Positions 10,288 to 19,681 of a stretch of 64,000 bases of DNA are shown here, one piece after another. The first letter of the stretch is position 1. Each line of letters opens with the position of its first letter. The stretch covers positions 4,649 to 68,648 of the forward strand of contig NVWL01000053.1 of the NCBI GenBank assembly GCA_002733645.1, given 5' to 3'. Both the position numbers and the translations under genes were made by a program. The stretch is from Oceanobacter sp. (GTDB taxonomy: Bacteria; Pseudomonadota; Gammaproteobacteria; Pseudomonadales; Oceanobacteraceae). The notes beneath the pieces were generated by a model. That model saw nothing but the letters and a program-made list of their open reading frames with translations, was not told the origin of the DNA and made no database searches.

Positions 10288-10299
10288 GCTTATATATAA
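10288..10299. promoter_or_regulatory. Perfect 12-bp palindrome CTTATATATAAG in the divergent LysR/pyc control region
   Basis: Read directly from the sequence. It is followed by TTATAG-G-TTATAG direct repeats. This is a candidate LysR-type binding site. Confidence 0.4.
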
Positions 10300-10390
10300 G
10301 TTATAGGTTATAGATAAGCTAAATAATATCAATTATTACTTGTTCTTCTTATGAATTATCGTTGCGCCATACGCTGAAGAGGGCTTCACA

Positions 10391-11806
10391 ATGTTGAAGA
10401 AAGTATTAATCGCCAATCGAGGCGAAATTGCAGTTCGGATAATCCGTGCTTGTGCTGAGGCTGGTGTGCGTTCTGTCGCCATTTATACCGAGCCTGATCG
10501 ATATGGTTTGCACGTCAAGCGAGCCGATGAGGCTTATTCTTTAGGAGAAGACCCACTACGTGGGTATCTCGACCCTGCCGGCATTGTTAGCTTAGCCGTA
10601 CAAACCGGGTGTGATGCAATACATCCAGGTTATGGCTTTCTATCTGAGAACCCTGATTTTGCGCGTTTGTGTGAAGAGAAAGGGATTACTTTCATTGGGC
10701 CGTCATCGAGTGTTATCCATAATATGGGTGATAAAACGCAAGCTCGCGACAGTATGCGCGCTGCAGGTGTACCTATTACTCCCGGATCAGATGGCAACTT
10801 AGAAAACGTTGAGGAAGCGCTGACGTTAGCTGAGCAGGTAGGTTATCCCGTCATGATCAAGGCTACCTCCGGTGGTGGTGGTCGGGGCATACGTCGTTGC
10901 GATACCGCCGAAGAACTTAAACAGCAGTATCCACGAGTTATCTCTGAAGCAACCAAGGCATTTGGGTCGGCTGAGGTGTTTCTTGAGAAATGCATCGTAA
11001 ATCCTCGTCATATCGAAGTGCAAATATTGGGTGATAGTCATGGGAATGTCGTTCATCTATATGAGCGAGATTGTTCGATACAACGTCGTAACCAGAAGCT
11101 TATCGAAATTGCACCAAGCCCACAGCTGACCCCAGAGCAGCGTCATTATATCGGTGATTTGGCGGTGAAAGCCGCCGAAGCCGTTGGTTATGTGAATGCA
11201 GGAACCGTCGAGTTTTTGCTCACTGGCAATGAAGTGTACTTTATGGAAATGAACACTCGTGTACAGGTGGAGCACACAATTACCGAGGCCATCACGGGTA
11301 TCGATATTGTGCGTGAGCAGTTGCGCATTGCAGCAGGCTTGCCTTTGAGTATTCGCCAAGAAGATATTCAGTATCGTGGTTACGCTCTGCAGTTTCGTAT
11401 TAATGCGGAAGATCCTAAAAATGACTTCCTGCCGAGCTTTGGTCGTATCTCACACTATTACGCACCGGGCGGACCGGGAGTTCGAGTGGACACCGCGATT
11501 TATACGGGCTACGAAATTCCGCCTTATTACGATTCCATGTGCTTAAAGCTCGTTGTTTGGGCGCTGACTTGGGAGGAAGTTATAGCACGAGGCAAGAGGG
11601 CGTTAGATGACATGCGTTTGCATGGCATTAAAACCACCGCCCAGTACTACCAGCAAATATTGAATCACCCTGACTTCGAAGCGGCGTCATTTAACACCAG
11701 CTTTGTACCAGAGCACCCGGAGCTGATGAATTACTCCATTAAACGTCACCCAAGCGAAGTCGCACTGGCCATCGCTGCAGCTATTTCCGCTCACGCGGGT
11801 TTTTAA
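10391..11806 (+). CDS. Biotin carboxylase subunit (pyruvate carboxylase subunit A type)
   Basis: 471 aa with an ATP-grasp biotin carboxylase domain (MLKKVLIANRGEIAVRIIRA..., GGGGRGIR, EMNTRVQVEH). Confidence 0.9.
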   Translation: MLKKVLIANRGEIAVRIIRACAEAGVRSVAIYTEPDRYGLHVKRADEAYSLGEDPLRGYLDPAGIVSLAVQTGCDAIHPGYGFLSENPDFARLCEEKGITFIGPSSSVIHNMGDKTQARDSMRAAGVPITPGSDGNLENVEEALTLAEQVGYPVMIKATSGGGGRGIRRCDTAEELKQQYPRVISEATKAFGSAEVFLEKCIVNPRHIEVQILGDSHGNVVHLYERDCSIQRRNQKLIEIAPSPQLTPEQRHYIGDLAVKAAEAVGYVNAGTVEFLLTGNEVYFMEMNTRVQVEHTITEAITGIDIVREQLRIAAGLPLSIRQEDIQYRGYALQFRINAEDPKNDFLPSFGRISHYYAPGGPGVRVDTAIYTGYEIPPYYDSMCLKLVVWALTWEEVIARGKRALDDMRLHGIKTTAQYYQQILNHPDFEAASFNTSFVPEHPELMNYSIKRHPSEVALAIAAAISAHAGF

Positions 11807-11820
11807 TCAGGAGAGTTACT

Positions 11821-13629
11821 ATGACAACGCCAAAGAAAATTGAAGTTACCGATGTTGTATTACGCGATGCCCATCAGTCCCTGATTGCTACGCGATTGCG
11901 CACAGAAGATATGCTTCCTATTTGTGAAAAACTGGATCAGGTCGGTTACTGGTCGTTAGAAGTATGGGGTGGCGCGACGTTTGATGCTTGTGTTCGCTTC
12001 CTAAAAGAAGACCCGTGGGAGCGCCTACGTCAATTAAAAGCAGCGCTTCCAAATACGCGCCTGCAGATGCTGCTGCGAGGACAGAACTTACTGGGCTATC
12101 GTCATTACGCCGATGATGTGGTTGAAGCTTTTGTCGAAAAAGCCGCAGCAAACGGCATTGACGTGTTCCGAGTGTTTGATGCACTCAACGATCTGCGCAA
12201 CCTCGAAACCGCCATGAAAGCGGTGAAAAAAGCAGGAAAGCACGCGCAAGGCACCATTTGTTACACCACCAGCCCGGTGCATACACCGGAGTTGTTTGTA
12301 CAGCAGGCTAAGGCGCTGCAAGAGATGGGGGCTGACTCCATTGCGATTAAAGACATGGCGGGCTTGCTCACTCCGTTTGCCACCGAAGCTCTGGTCAAAG
12401 CGATTAAAGCCAATGTTGATTTACCTTTGGTGATTCATAGCCACAGTACATCAGGTTTAGCGCCTTTGTGTCAGATGAAAGCCATTGAAGCCGGGGTTGA
12501 TCGTATAGATACCGCCATTTCCTCATTCGCAACAGGCACTAGCCACCCGGCGACGGAGACGCAAGTGGCTGCATTGAAAGGCAGCGCATACGACACAGGC
12601 TTAGACCTAGAGTTATTGAGTGAAATCGCAGACTACTTTCGCGAGGTACGTAAAAAATACCATCAGTTTGAAAGCGAATTCACACGAGAAGATGTGGCGG
12701 TACAGATTAACCAGGTGCCCGGCGGCATGATGTCGAATTTAGCAAATCAGCTGAAAGAACAGAATGCACTGGATAAGATTCGAGACGTGTTTGCTGAAAT
12801 TCCTCGCGTACGCGAAGATCTCGGGTTTCCTCCATTAGTTACCCCTACCTCGCAAATTGTAGGAACGCAGGCTGTTTATAATGTCTTGTCTGGCCAGCGC
12901 TATAAAACCATCACCAACGAGGTAAAGCGCTACTTGCAGGGCGGATATGGCCAAGCGCCTGCGCCTGTGAATGCGGAATTACAGAAAAAAGCGATAGGCA
13001 GTGGCGATGTCATTGAAGGGCGGCCTGCGGATCAATTATCCCCAGAACTCAATAAGCTGCGAGAAGACATTGGTTCATTAGCGACCTCAGGAGAAGATGT
13101 ACTGACCTACGCTATGTTCCCTGACCTCGGGCGCGAATTCTTGCAGCAACGGACTGATGGCACTCTCAAACCTGAAGAATTACTTGCCCCTGAATTAGCC
13201 GGGAAAGGTAGAGCGGTTGCGCCACAAGCGACCGAGTTTGTTATCGATGTTCACGGTGAAAAGTATGAAATCGCCGTCACTGGCGTCGGAGGAATGGACG
13301 GCGGACGACGTAAAATATATTTATCACTGGATGGCGTGCCGGAAGAAGTGGTCTTCGAGCCGCTCAATGAATTTGTTGCAGAAGCGGGTGGAAATAAACG
13401 CGGACGCGCAACGGCTCCGGGCCATGTAACCCCTGCAATGCCTGGTAATGTAGTCGATGTGCTTGTCAAAGAAGGCGATACGGTGAAGTCTGGGCAGGCG
13501 GTGTTAGTGACGGAAGCCATGAAAATGGAATCAGAAGTACATGCCAATATCGCTGGAACCGTGAAGGCCGTGCATGTAGCGAAAGGCGACCGAGTGACCC
13601 CAGGTGAGATACTCATAGAAATTGAATAA
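11821..13629 (+). CDS. Carboxyltransferase plus biotin-carrier subunit (pyruvate carboxylase subunit B / OadA-like)
   Basis: 602 aa. It has an N-terminal HMGL-like carboxyltransferase (VLRDAHQSL) and the C-terminal biotinyl motif EAMKME. It lies 14 nt downstream of the biotin carboxylase gene. No oadB or oadG is nearby. Confidence 0.9.
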   Translation: MTTPKKIEVTDVVLRDAHQSLIATRLRTEDMLPICEKLDQVGYWSLEVWGGATFDACVRFLKEDPWERLRQLKAALPNTRLQMLLRGQNLLGYRHYADDVVEAFVEKAAANGIDVFRVFDALNDLRNLETAMKAVKKAGKHAQGTICYTTSPVHTPELFVQQAKALQEMGADSIAIKDMAGLLTPFATEALVKAIKANVDLPLVIHSHSTSGLAPLCQMKAIEAGVDRIDTAISSFATGTSHPATETQVAALKGSAYDTGLDLELLSEIADYFREVRKKYHQFESEFTREDVAVQINQVPGGMMSNLANQLKEQNALDKIRDVFAEIPRVREDLGFPPLVTPTSQIVGTQAVYNVLSGQRYKTITNEVKRYLQGGYGQAPAPVNAELQKKAIGSGDVIEGRPADQLSPELNKLREDIGSLATSGEDVLTYAMFPDLGREFLQQRTDGTLKPEELLAPELAGKGRAVAPQATEFVIDVHGEKYEIAVTGVGGMDGGRRKIYLSLDGVPEEVVFEPLNEFVAEAGGNKRGRATAPGHVTPAMPGNVVDVLVKEGDTVKSGQAVLVTEAMKMESEVHANIAGTVKAVHVAKGDRVTPGEILIEIE

Positions 13630-13704
13630 TGGGATGACAAGGCGGCTGTATTCAGCCGCATCAATATCACTTACTCTATGTCTAACTATTATTGAGGTGA
13701 AACA

Positions 13705-14361
13705 GTGAAAGACATCATTCGCGGTGTATTGGATTTCCGTACGAACGTATATCCTGAGCGCAAAGATCTGTTTGGCACCTTGGCAGGTGGTCAAAACCCT
13801 GAGGTGTTATTCATTACATGTTCTGACTCTCGTATCGATCCGAACTTACTGACAGGTTCTGATCCGGGTGATCTATTTATCTGTCGTAATGCAGGTAATA
13901 TTATTCCACCCCACTCGAATGAAACGGGCGGAATGACGGCATCCATTGAATACGCCGTTGCTGTGCTGGGGGTGCGACATATCATTGTTTGTGGCCATAC
14001 GGACTGTGGTGCTGTTAAAGGGGCGCTTGATATGCACAGCGTTAAAGGCTTGCCTCATGTGCATGAATGGTTAGGGCACTGCCGCTCTGCCATGGAAATC
14101 GTTCGGGAGCGTAATAATATTGAAAGTGGCGCGTGTATTGAGCCTAAACACCTAAATGAAGCAATCGAAGAAAATGTGCAGCAACAAGTACAGCACTTAC
14201 GTACTCATCCGGTCGTGGCGGCTAAATTAGCGACTAAAAAAGTAGAAATTCATGGTTGGGTATACAATATCGAATCTGGGAATATTCGCTGCTGTGGGCA
14301 TAATAGCGAATCATTTGAGAATTTTGACAAACACTATCATGATGAAATCTCATTACTCTAG
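13705..14361 (+). CDS. Beta-class carbonic anhydrase
   Basis: 218 aa with a GTG start after GAGGTG. The zinc-ligand motifs CSDSRIDP and HTDCGA are present. Confidence 0.85.
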   Translation: MKDIIRGVLDFRTNVYPERKDLFGTLAGGQNPEVLFITCSDSRIDPNLLTGSDPGDLFICRNAGNIIPPHSNETGGMTASIEYAVAVLGVRHIIVCGHTDCGAVKGALDMHSVKGLPHVHEWLGHCRSAMEIVRERNNIESGACIEPKHLNEAIEENVQQQVQHLRTHPVVAAKLATKKVEIHGWVYNIESGNIRCCGHNSESFENFDKHYHDEISLL

Positions 14362-14817
14362 TGACTTACGTCACATTTGCTTGTAACAATTCGGGCCATG
14401 CACTCCGTGGCTCGAATTGCCCATTGGCTAATCGAAAAATAAGCGTAGACTCGCAGTTCTGAATATAATAAATAGACACTTCATCAAATGGTGAACAAGT
14501 GTTAGTTACGGTTCGGAGTCGGCAGATGCCGATTATATCAGGAAAGGTCGTCGTAAACTCAGTTGCAATGCGCTTGAGTTAGACAAGCCAAGAGACAGTG
14601 AGTCTCACCGATGTATCACTAAAATCTGAAAATAATAGACACACTACGACTCAGTGGCCCCGGACGGCCATACCAAAATGAGGGTGGTGGTCTCTTTGTC
14701 CCTTAGGGAATTCAGTTGTCGATACAGGACAGAACAGGACGTTCGGGAACAAGCCCAGCCTGGTGCAAAAGCTCTATTAATAATAAAACGAGCCCTGAAT
14801 GGGCCGGAGTTCTCGCT

Positions 14818-15681
14818 ATGTCAGACAACAAGAACGTTCAGAAAAAGCTTCCGCCAATCAAAATGCGCTACAAGAGCCGCGAAAACATTACTCTGGATGA
14901 ATGTCTGGGTATGTATGATCTTTTCAAGGTTTACTACAAAAACACGCCTTTCGAACAGTTCCTTGAAGATTTCTCCAACAAGACTGGTGCACATATTGCC
15001 AAGCGTAAAAGTGACGGCAAAGTGGTTGGTTTTTCTACCGGCGTTGCTAAAAACATAATTAACAGCGAAGGCAAAGAGATTCGAATTTTATTCAGTGGCG
15101 ATACTGTTATGTCAAAAGAATACTGGGGTACTAAAGCCTTCCCTATGTCATTCTTCTTGTGGTTGATATCCGAACGTCTGCGTCACCCAACCAAAGAGAT
15201 GTACTGGTTCTTAATCTCAATGGGTTACCGCACATACCTGATTCTTGCGAACAACTTCTACAAGTATTACCCGAATATTGACGGTGATGATCCTAAGTTA
15301 CGTGAAGCTGCATTCTCTGCTGCCGATGATATTTTTCCGGGTGCATTAAATCGTGAAACCGGTCTGTTAGATTTTGGCGATGATGCCTGTACTCTGGCTG
15401 ACTTCGTTACACCAATTACAGAAAAAGAACGTGCTGTGCCTAAAATTGGCTTTTTTGAAAGTCGTAACCCAGGTTGGGCTAAAGGCGATGAAATGGCATG
15501 TATCGGCTCTATGGATTGGGGCTCGTTTGCCCGTATGTTCTTAGATATTCGACGCACTCTGTTCAAGAAAGGCAAGCGCCGTGCGCAAACGCAAGCCAGC
15601 TCAGCGGCTGTGCATCAGAAGCCTGATACAGTAGAAGTAACGATTGATGATATTCCAAGCAGTAATGGCAAAACCGTTTAA
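14818..15681 (+). CDS. Hypothetical protein (287 aa), family not recognised
   Basis: I prefer the ATG at 14818, which has a GGAG 8 nt upstream, over the tracked 14716 start. A strong terminator lies downstream. The C-terminal tail is basic and low-complexity. Confidence 0.6.
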   Translation: MSDNKNVQKKLPPIKMRYKSRENITLDECLGMYDLFKVYYKNTPFEQFLEDFSNKTGAHIAKRKSDGKVVGFSTGVAKNIINSEGKEIRILFSGDTVMSKEYWGTKAFPMSFFLWLISERLRHPTKEMYWFLISMGYRTYLILANNFYKYYPNIDGDDPKLREAAFSAADDIFPGALNRETGLLDFGDDACTLADFVTPITEKERAVPKIGFFESRNPGWAKGDEMACIGSMDWGSFARMFLDIRRTLFKKGKRRAQTQASSAAVHQKPDTVEVTIDDIPSSNGKTV

Positions 15682-15706
15682 TTGTTAGTTTTTAGCTGAT
15701 GTCACG

Positions 15707-15742
15707 AAAAAAGCCCGATGAGAAATCACCGGGCTTTTTTTG
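15707..15742. terminator. Bidirectional terminator
   Basis: AAAAAAGCCCG...CGGGCTTTTTTT lies between two convergent genes. Confidence 0.75.
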
Positions 15743-15797
15743 TGTCTTCTATTTAGTCTTCGCAAATAAGCAACAAGGCTAAAAACAGGTGCGAGTT

Positions 15798-17159
15798 TTA
15801 AGCAGAATAGCGAGTGCGCAAATATTCAAAAACGGCGCGCAATCCCATAGCCTCACCACCGGACGGGCGTCCAGGTAAAGCTCGACGATTCCACGCCATA
15901 ACGTCCAAGTGTACCCAAGGGCAGTCATTGACGAAGGCTTCTAAATACAACGCGGCGGTAATGGCACCTCCTGGTACGGAAGCAGAATTGACTAAGTCGG
16001 CTACGTCGCTGTGCAGTGCATATTTGTACTGTCGAAATAAAGGTAAGTTCCAAACAGGGTCTGACACTTTTTCGCCAGATTGCATCAGTTCAGCGGCAAG
16101 GATTTTTTGGTTAGTGAAAAATCCCGGAAGGTCGGTACCTAAGGCAACGCGGCAAGCGCCGGTGAGAGTTGCAAAATCGATCATGAGATCTGGGTTTTCA
16201 CTTGCGCCTTCCGTGAGGGCATCGCATAAAACTAAGCGACCTTCAGCATCAGTATTGTCGATCTCAACCGTCAGACCTTTGCGAGTAGGGATAACATCAC
16301 CCGGTCGGAACGCATTACCGGCTACGGCATTTTCTGCGGCAGGAATAATGAGACGCAAACGAATTGGCAGGTTATTGGCCATGATCAGATAAGCCAAACC
16401 TATCGTATGGGCTGCACCGCCCATGTCCTTTTTCATTTGACGCATAAACTCGCCCGGCTTCATATTTAAGCCACCGCTGTCAAAGCAGATACCTTTACCC
16501 ACCAAGGTAACTTTAGGATGCTCAGGGTTCCCCCAAGTTAGGTCAAGTAGGCGAGGCTCATGAACACTGGCCCGGCCCACGGCATGCACCATTGGGTAGT
16601 TTTCAGCGAGCAGTTCATCGCCGATGATTTCAGTGAAGCTAGCACCAAACTCGTTGGCTAAACTTTGTACTGAGGCGGACATATCCTGCGGCATCATGTC
16701 AGAGGCCGGAGTGTTTACTAAATCGCGAACGCGCTTGGTGCCTTCAATTAAACGCGTTGCTTCATCAAAGATCAGTTCGTTGTCGACCGCTAAAATAGCG
16801 TTTGCTGGTGCTTTTTCGGTATAACGATCAAAACGATATGCACCGACCCCCCATCCAAAAGCCACGGCAATTAACTCTTGGTCGCTTAGCGTCTGCTGTA
16901 TCCGGTAGGTGCCTGAAGGAAGGCTACTTGCTAGCTGGCCGCAGGCAAAGTAATCATTGAGTGATTCAACAACACAAACCGCCGCACTTAAGCTTCCATC
17001 GGGAGCTGGAATGACAGCATGGCCACTGCCACTAAAATCTGTTGAGGATAACCATTGCTGAGTTGTTGTGGTTTGTTGCTCTAGCCACGTTGAATAATCG
17101 GTCTTTTCAATCAAGTGAAGGGGAAGGCCTTCTTTGCTTTTTGTCAAAACTGCAGACAT
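15798..17159 (-). CDS. M17-family leucyl aminopeptidase-like protein
   Basis: 453 aa. The motifs FDSGGLNMKPG and NTDAEGRLVLCD are M17 metal and active-site signatures. Confidence 0.85.
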   Translation of the reverse strand: MSAVLTKSKEGLPLHLIEKTDYSTWLEQQTTTTQQWLSSTDFSGSGHAVIPAPDGSLSAAVCVVESLNDYFACGQLASSLPSGTYRIQQTLSDQELIAVAFGWGVGAYRFDRYTEKAPANAILAVDNELIFDEATRLIEGTKRVRDLVNTPASDMMPQDMSASVQSLANEFGASFTEIIGDELLAENYPMVHAVGRASVHEPRLLDLTWGNPEHPKVTLVGKGICFDSGGLNMKPGEFMRQMKKDMGGAAHTIGLAYLIMANNLPIRLRLIIPAAENAVAGNAFRPGDVIPTRKGLTVEIDNTDAEGRLVLCDALTEGASENPDLMIDFATLTGACRVALGTDLPGFFTNQKILAAELMQSGEKVSDPVWNLPLFRQYKYALHSDVADLVNSASVPGGAITAALYLEAFVNDCPWVHLDVMAWNRRALPGRPSGGEAMGLRAVFEYLRTRYSA

Positions 17160-17433
17160 GCCGGTATTTCCTCATTAGTGCGTTAACAGCAGTATAGGCC
17201 TTATTGCAATCAGCCTAAACAGTTATCACCGGGTGAATGAACTGTGGAACTTCTGGGTGTTCAAACGTGCGGAGTCGAGCACTCTTTGGGTACGCATTTG
17301 TGTCGCTTTTTCGTTAATGATGAGGCGATGATGTTTAACTTGAACAGACGAAAACGGGAGGCTCGGGTAGAATATGAAACAGATTTTTTAATGGCACAAG
17401 AGTGCCGTTGTACTTTGATTAGGTGAACAATGT

Positions 17434-17862
17434 ATGTGGGATGAGATAGCGGGCGGGCTCTTAATTGGCACGGCGGCAGCAATACTTTGGTTGGGTATTG
17501 GGCGTATCAGTGGCATGACTAGCGTGCTGTCGAGTGTATTTGCATGGGCAGAAGCCAAACGTAGGTGGGCGTATTTTTTTCTCGCTGGATTGGTGCTCGC
17601 TTGGCCATTTTATCAAGTGCTAGGGTATGAGCCAGTAATTCATATCACCACGAATCAGCCGTTGTTGATTGTTGCTGGTTTGCTGGTGGGGTTCGGTACT
17701 TATATTGGTAATGGTTGCACCAGTGGTCACGGTGTGTGCGGTATGGGGCGCTTATCAGTTCGATCTGGGGTAGCAACTGTCACCTTTATTTTCGCTGGAA
17801 TGATTACCGTAGCTGTCATGAATTTTTTCGAGACGTCACAAATTGTGGGTGTTCAACCATGA
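17434..17862 (+). CDS. YeeE/YedE-family sulfur-compound transport membrane protein (first half-size unit)
   Basis: 142 aa, hydrophobic, with the motif GNGCTSGHGVCG. Confidence 0.7.
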   Translation: MWDEIAGGLLIGTAAAILWLGIGRISGMTSVLSSVFAWAEAKRRWAYFFLAGLVLAWPFYQVLGYEPVIHITTNQPLLIVAGLLVGFGTYIGNGCTSGHGVCGMGRLSVRSGVATVTFIFAGMITVAVMNFFETSQIVGVQP

Positions 17863-18275
17863 AGATGTTAATTAGCTTTCTTAGTGGTCTGGTGTTTGGC
17901 TTGGGTTTATTGATATCAGGCATGAATGATCCTCAAAAAGTTAGAGGCTTTCTTGATATCTTCGGGGCGTGGCAGCCTGAGTTAATCGCGGTGATGGGGG
18001 CGGCAGTGGTTGTATTTTTTGTGGCTTACCGGTTTGGTTTAACGCGAAAGCAACCAGTGTTTTCTGATGTATTTCATACTCCTGTACTGACTCAAATAAA
18101 TATTCGATTAGTAATGGGGGCCGTGCTCTTTGGTGTCGGCTGGGGTTTGGTTGGATTATGCCCAGGTCCGGCGTTAGTTGATGTATTTTCCTTTGACGCT
18201 TCAGTTATGTGGTTTGTTGCTGCCATGCTGGTGGGTAACCGGTTGGCGCATTATTTTGTTGGTCCGACTAAGTAG
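17859..18275 (+). CDS. YeeE/YedE-associated membrane protein (second half-size unit)
   Basis: The ATG at 17859 overlaps the upstream stop (ATGA). 138 aa, hydrophobic (MKMLISFLSGLVFGLGLLISGM...). Confidence 0.65.
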   Translation: MKMLISFLSGLVFGLGLLISGMNDPQKVRGFLDIFGAWQPELIAVMGAAVVVFFVAYRFGLTRKQPVFSDVFHTPVLTQINIRLVMGAVLFGVGWGLVGLCPGPALVDVFSFDASVMWFVAAMLVGNRLAHYFVGPTK

Positions 18276-18451
18276 CTTCAGCTAATTAACGTTAGCTAAG
18301 GAACCTCTAGTTAGTAAAGAATAGACTGCGGCTAAACAAGTCCAACTGGTTGATAGCTTTTGAATATTAACGCGGTAATTATTTTTCATTATCGCTATGA
18401 AACGTTATACGTTTAACTGTGCTTATTCTTCAGTGCTTAGGAGGCATCAGG

Positions 18452-18550
18452 ATGAGTAAGTTAATTGGTGACGCGACAGAAATACTGAGTTGGATATTGG
18501 CAGAGCCAATGCTTGGCGAAATGGAAAAGCAGCAAGATGTTCGAGACTAG
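18452..18550 (+). CDS. Candidate small protein (32 aa, MSKLIGDATEILSWILAEPMLGEMEKQQDVRD)
   Basis: A strong SD sequence (AGGAGG) lies 7 nt before the ATG. A hairpin sits downstream at 18575-18594. The ORF is below the track cutoff. Confidence 0.25.
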   Translation: MSKLIGDATEILSWILAEPMLGEMEKQQDVRD

Positions 18551-18602
18551 TATTGCGAATTACAGTTAAAATCGGAGCCGGATTGCTCCGGCTCAAGTCG
18601 GT

Positions 18603-19493
18603 TCAGCTTAACACGCGCTGCAAAAATTCATCAGCGTCTTTGGCGGTTTGTTCTGGCGTTTCTTCCATTGGTACGTGGCCAACCCCTGGATACATAATAA
18701 GCTCTGACCCTTCAATATCCTTATGAAATAACTCGGCATTGTGCGGCGGAATCCATTTGTCCTTATCCCCCCATTGAATCAAGGTCGGGACTTTGATCTC
18801 TTTTACGCGGTCGTGGCTCATATGCTCTAGCTCTTCAAATATCTTCAGTAGAGCGAGAGGGTTGCCTTTGTGCAGCATTAAATCTTGGTAATACGGGATC
18901 TGCTTCGGTGCGATACGCTTACTGTCGCCATAGACTTCACTGAGAATAAATTGCACTGCAAATTTGGGCGTTGCTAGGCGGACACCATGACGTAGGTAAG
19001 GTGTAGTAAATAGTTTCATAATGAGTGGTAAGCTCATTGGATAGCCTGCTGCATCTTGCAATATTAAAGCGCGAACACGCTCTGGGTGCGCAACTGTGTA
19101 TGACCAAGAAATATATCCACCCAGCGAGTTTCCTGCCATCACATAGCTGTCTAACTCTAAATAATTCAGCAAAGCATGAACACGATCAACCAAAGAGGCG
19201 ATAGACGAATCGCCATCGCTAATGGCACCGGTCAAACCAAAACTCGGAACATCAATGCGTACGATTTTATATTTATCGCTTAATTGCTCAACCCAGCCGT
19301 CCCAAGTATGTAGCGACGCCATGATGCCATGCAGCATAACAATGACAGGGGCATCGTCGTCTTTGCGCCCTTCAACACGGTAGTGAATGTTATCACCTCG
19401 GTATTGAAAGAATCGTGAATCGTCGTTGGCATAAGTTTCTGCGAGTTCTGCAGTACTTAGTTTGACGACACCCATGTAGCGCAATAATGACAT
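18603..19493 (-). CDS. Alpha/beta-fold hydrolase
   Basis: 296 aa with the oxyanion-hole motif LHGIMAS and the nucleophile elbow GNSLGG. It is a paralogue of 21354..22235. Confidence 0.8.
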   Translation of the reverse strand: MSLLRYMGVVKLSTAELAETYANDDSRFFQYRGDNIHYRVEGRKDDDAPVIVMLHGIMASLHTWDGWVEQLSDKYKIVRIDVPSFGLTGAISDGDSSIASLVDRVHALLNYLELDSYVMAGNSLGGYISWSYTVAHPERVRALILQDAAGYPMSLPLIMKLFTTPYLRHGVRLATPKFAVQFILSEVYGDSKRIAPKQIPYYQDLMLHKGNPLALLKIFEELEHMSHDRVKEIKVPTLIQWGDKDKWIPPHNAELFHKDIEGSELIMYPGVGHVPMEETPEQTAKDADEFLQRVLS

Positions 19494-19594
19494 CGTATGC
19501 TCCTCGTTTAGTTAGTAATAATTTCAGGATGCCCGCTTTCGAGTGTTTAGGGTAGGTTGTAAAGAGACACCTTGGTGTGATTATTCCTCATTTA

Positions 19595-19634
19595 CTGTCA
19601 CTGAACTGTCAAAAACGAGCCATCTCACTGTCAT
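19595..19634 (+). promoter_or_regulatory. Tandem Pho boxes (PhoB binding sites) upstream of phoD
   Basis: CTGTCAC-TGAA-CTGTCAA spans 19595-19612. A further CTGTCAT lies at 19628-19634, in 11-bp phase. TTAACT about 10 bp downstream is a -10 candidate. Confidence 0.7.
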
Positions 19635-19681
19635 TAAGAAAAGGTTAACTAAGCCCGTCAGCCAATGTGTGAGCGGGATAT

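Noticed and set aside
11821-13629. An alternative reading of this gene as the oxaloacetate decarboxylase Na+ pump alpha subunit (OadA).
   Set aside because: No oadB or oadG membrane subunit genes are nearby. The gene is tightly coupled to a biotin carboxylase subunit, which favours a two-subunit pyruvate carboxylase.
14640-14800. Fragments resembling riboswitch cores: TAGGGAA...ACGTTCGGGAACAAGCCC (ykkC-like), CCGGACGG...CAGGACAGAAC (guanidine-III-like) and CCTGGTGCA (ZTP-like).
   Set aside because: The key invariant blocks are missing (for example GGUCCGAGAG of ykkC and the compact 41-nt pseudoknot of guanidine-III), and the spacing is wrong. This would need a covariance-model search and cannot be claimed by eye.
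14654-14817. ORF 14654-15058, and the N-terminal extension (14716) of the 287-aa protein.
   Set aside because: The two overlap each other in different frames. The extension is Arg/Ser-rich with no RBS, whereas the ATG at 14818 has a GGAG at the proper spacing.
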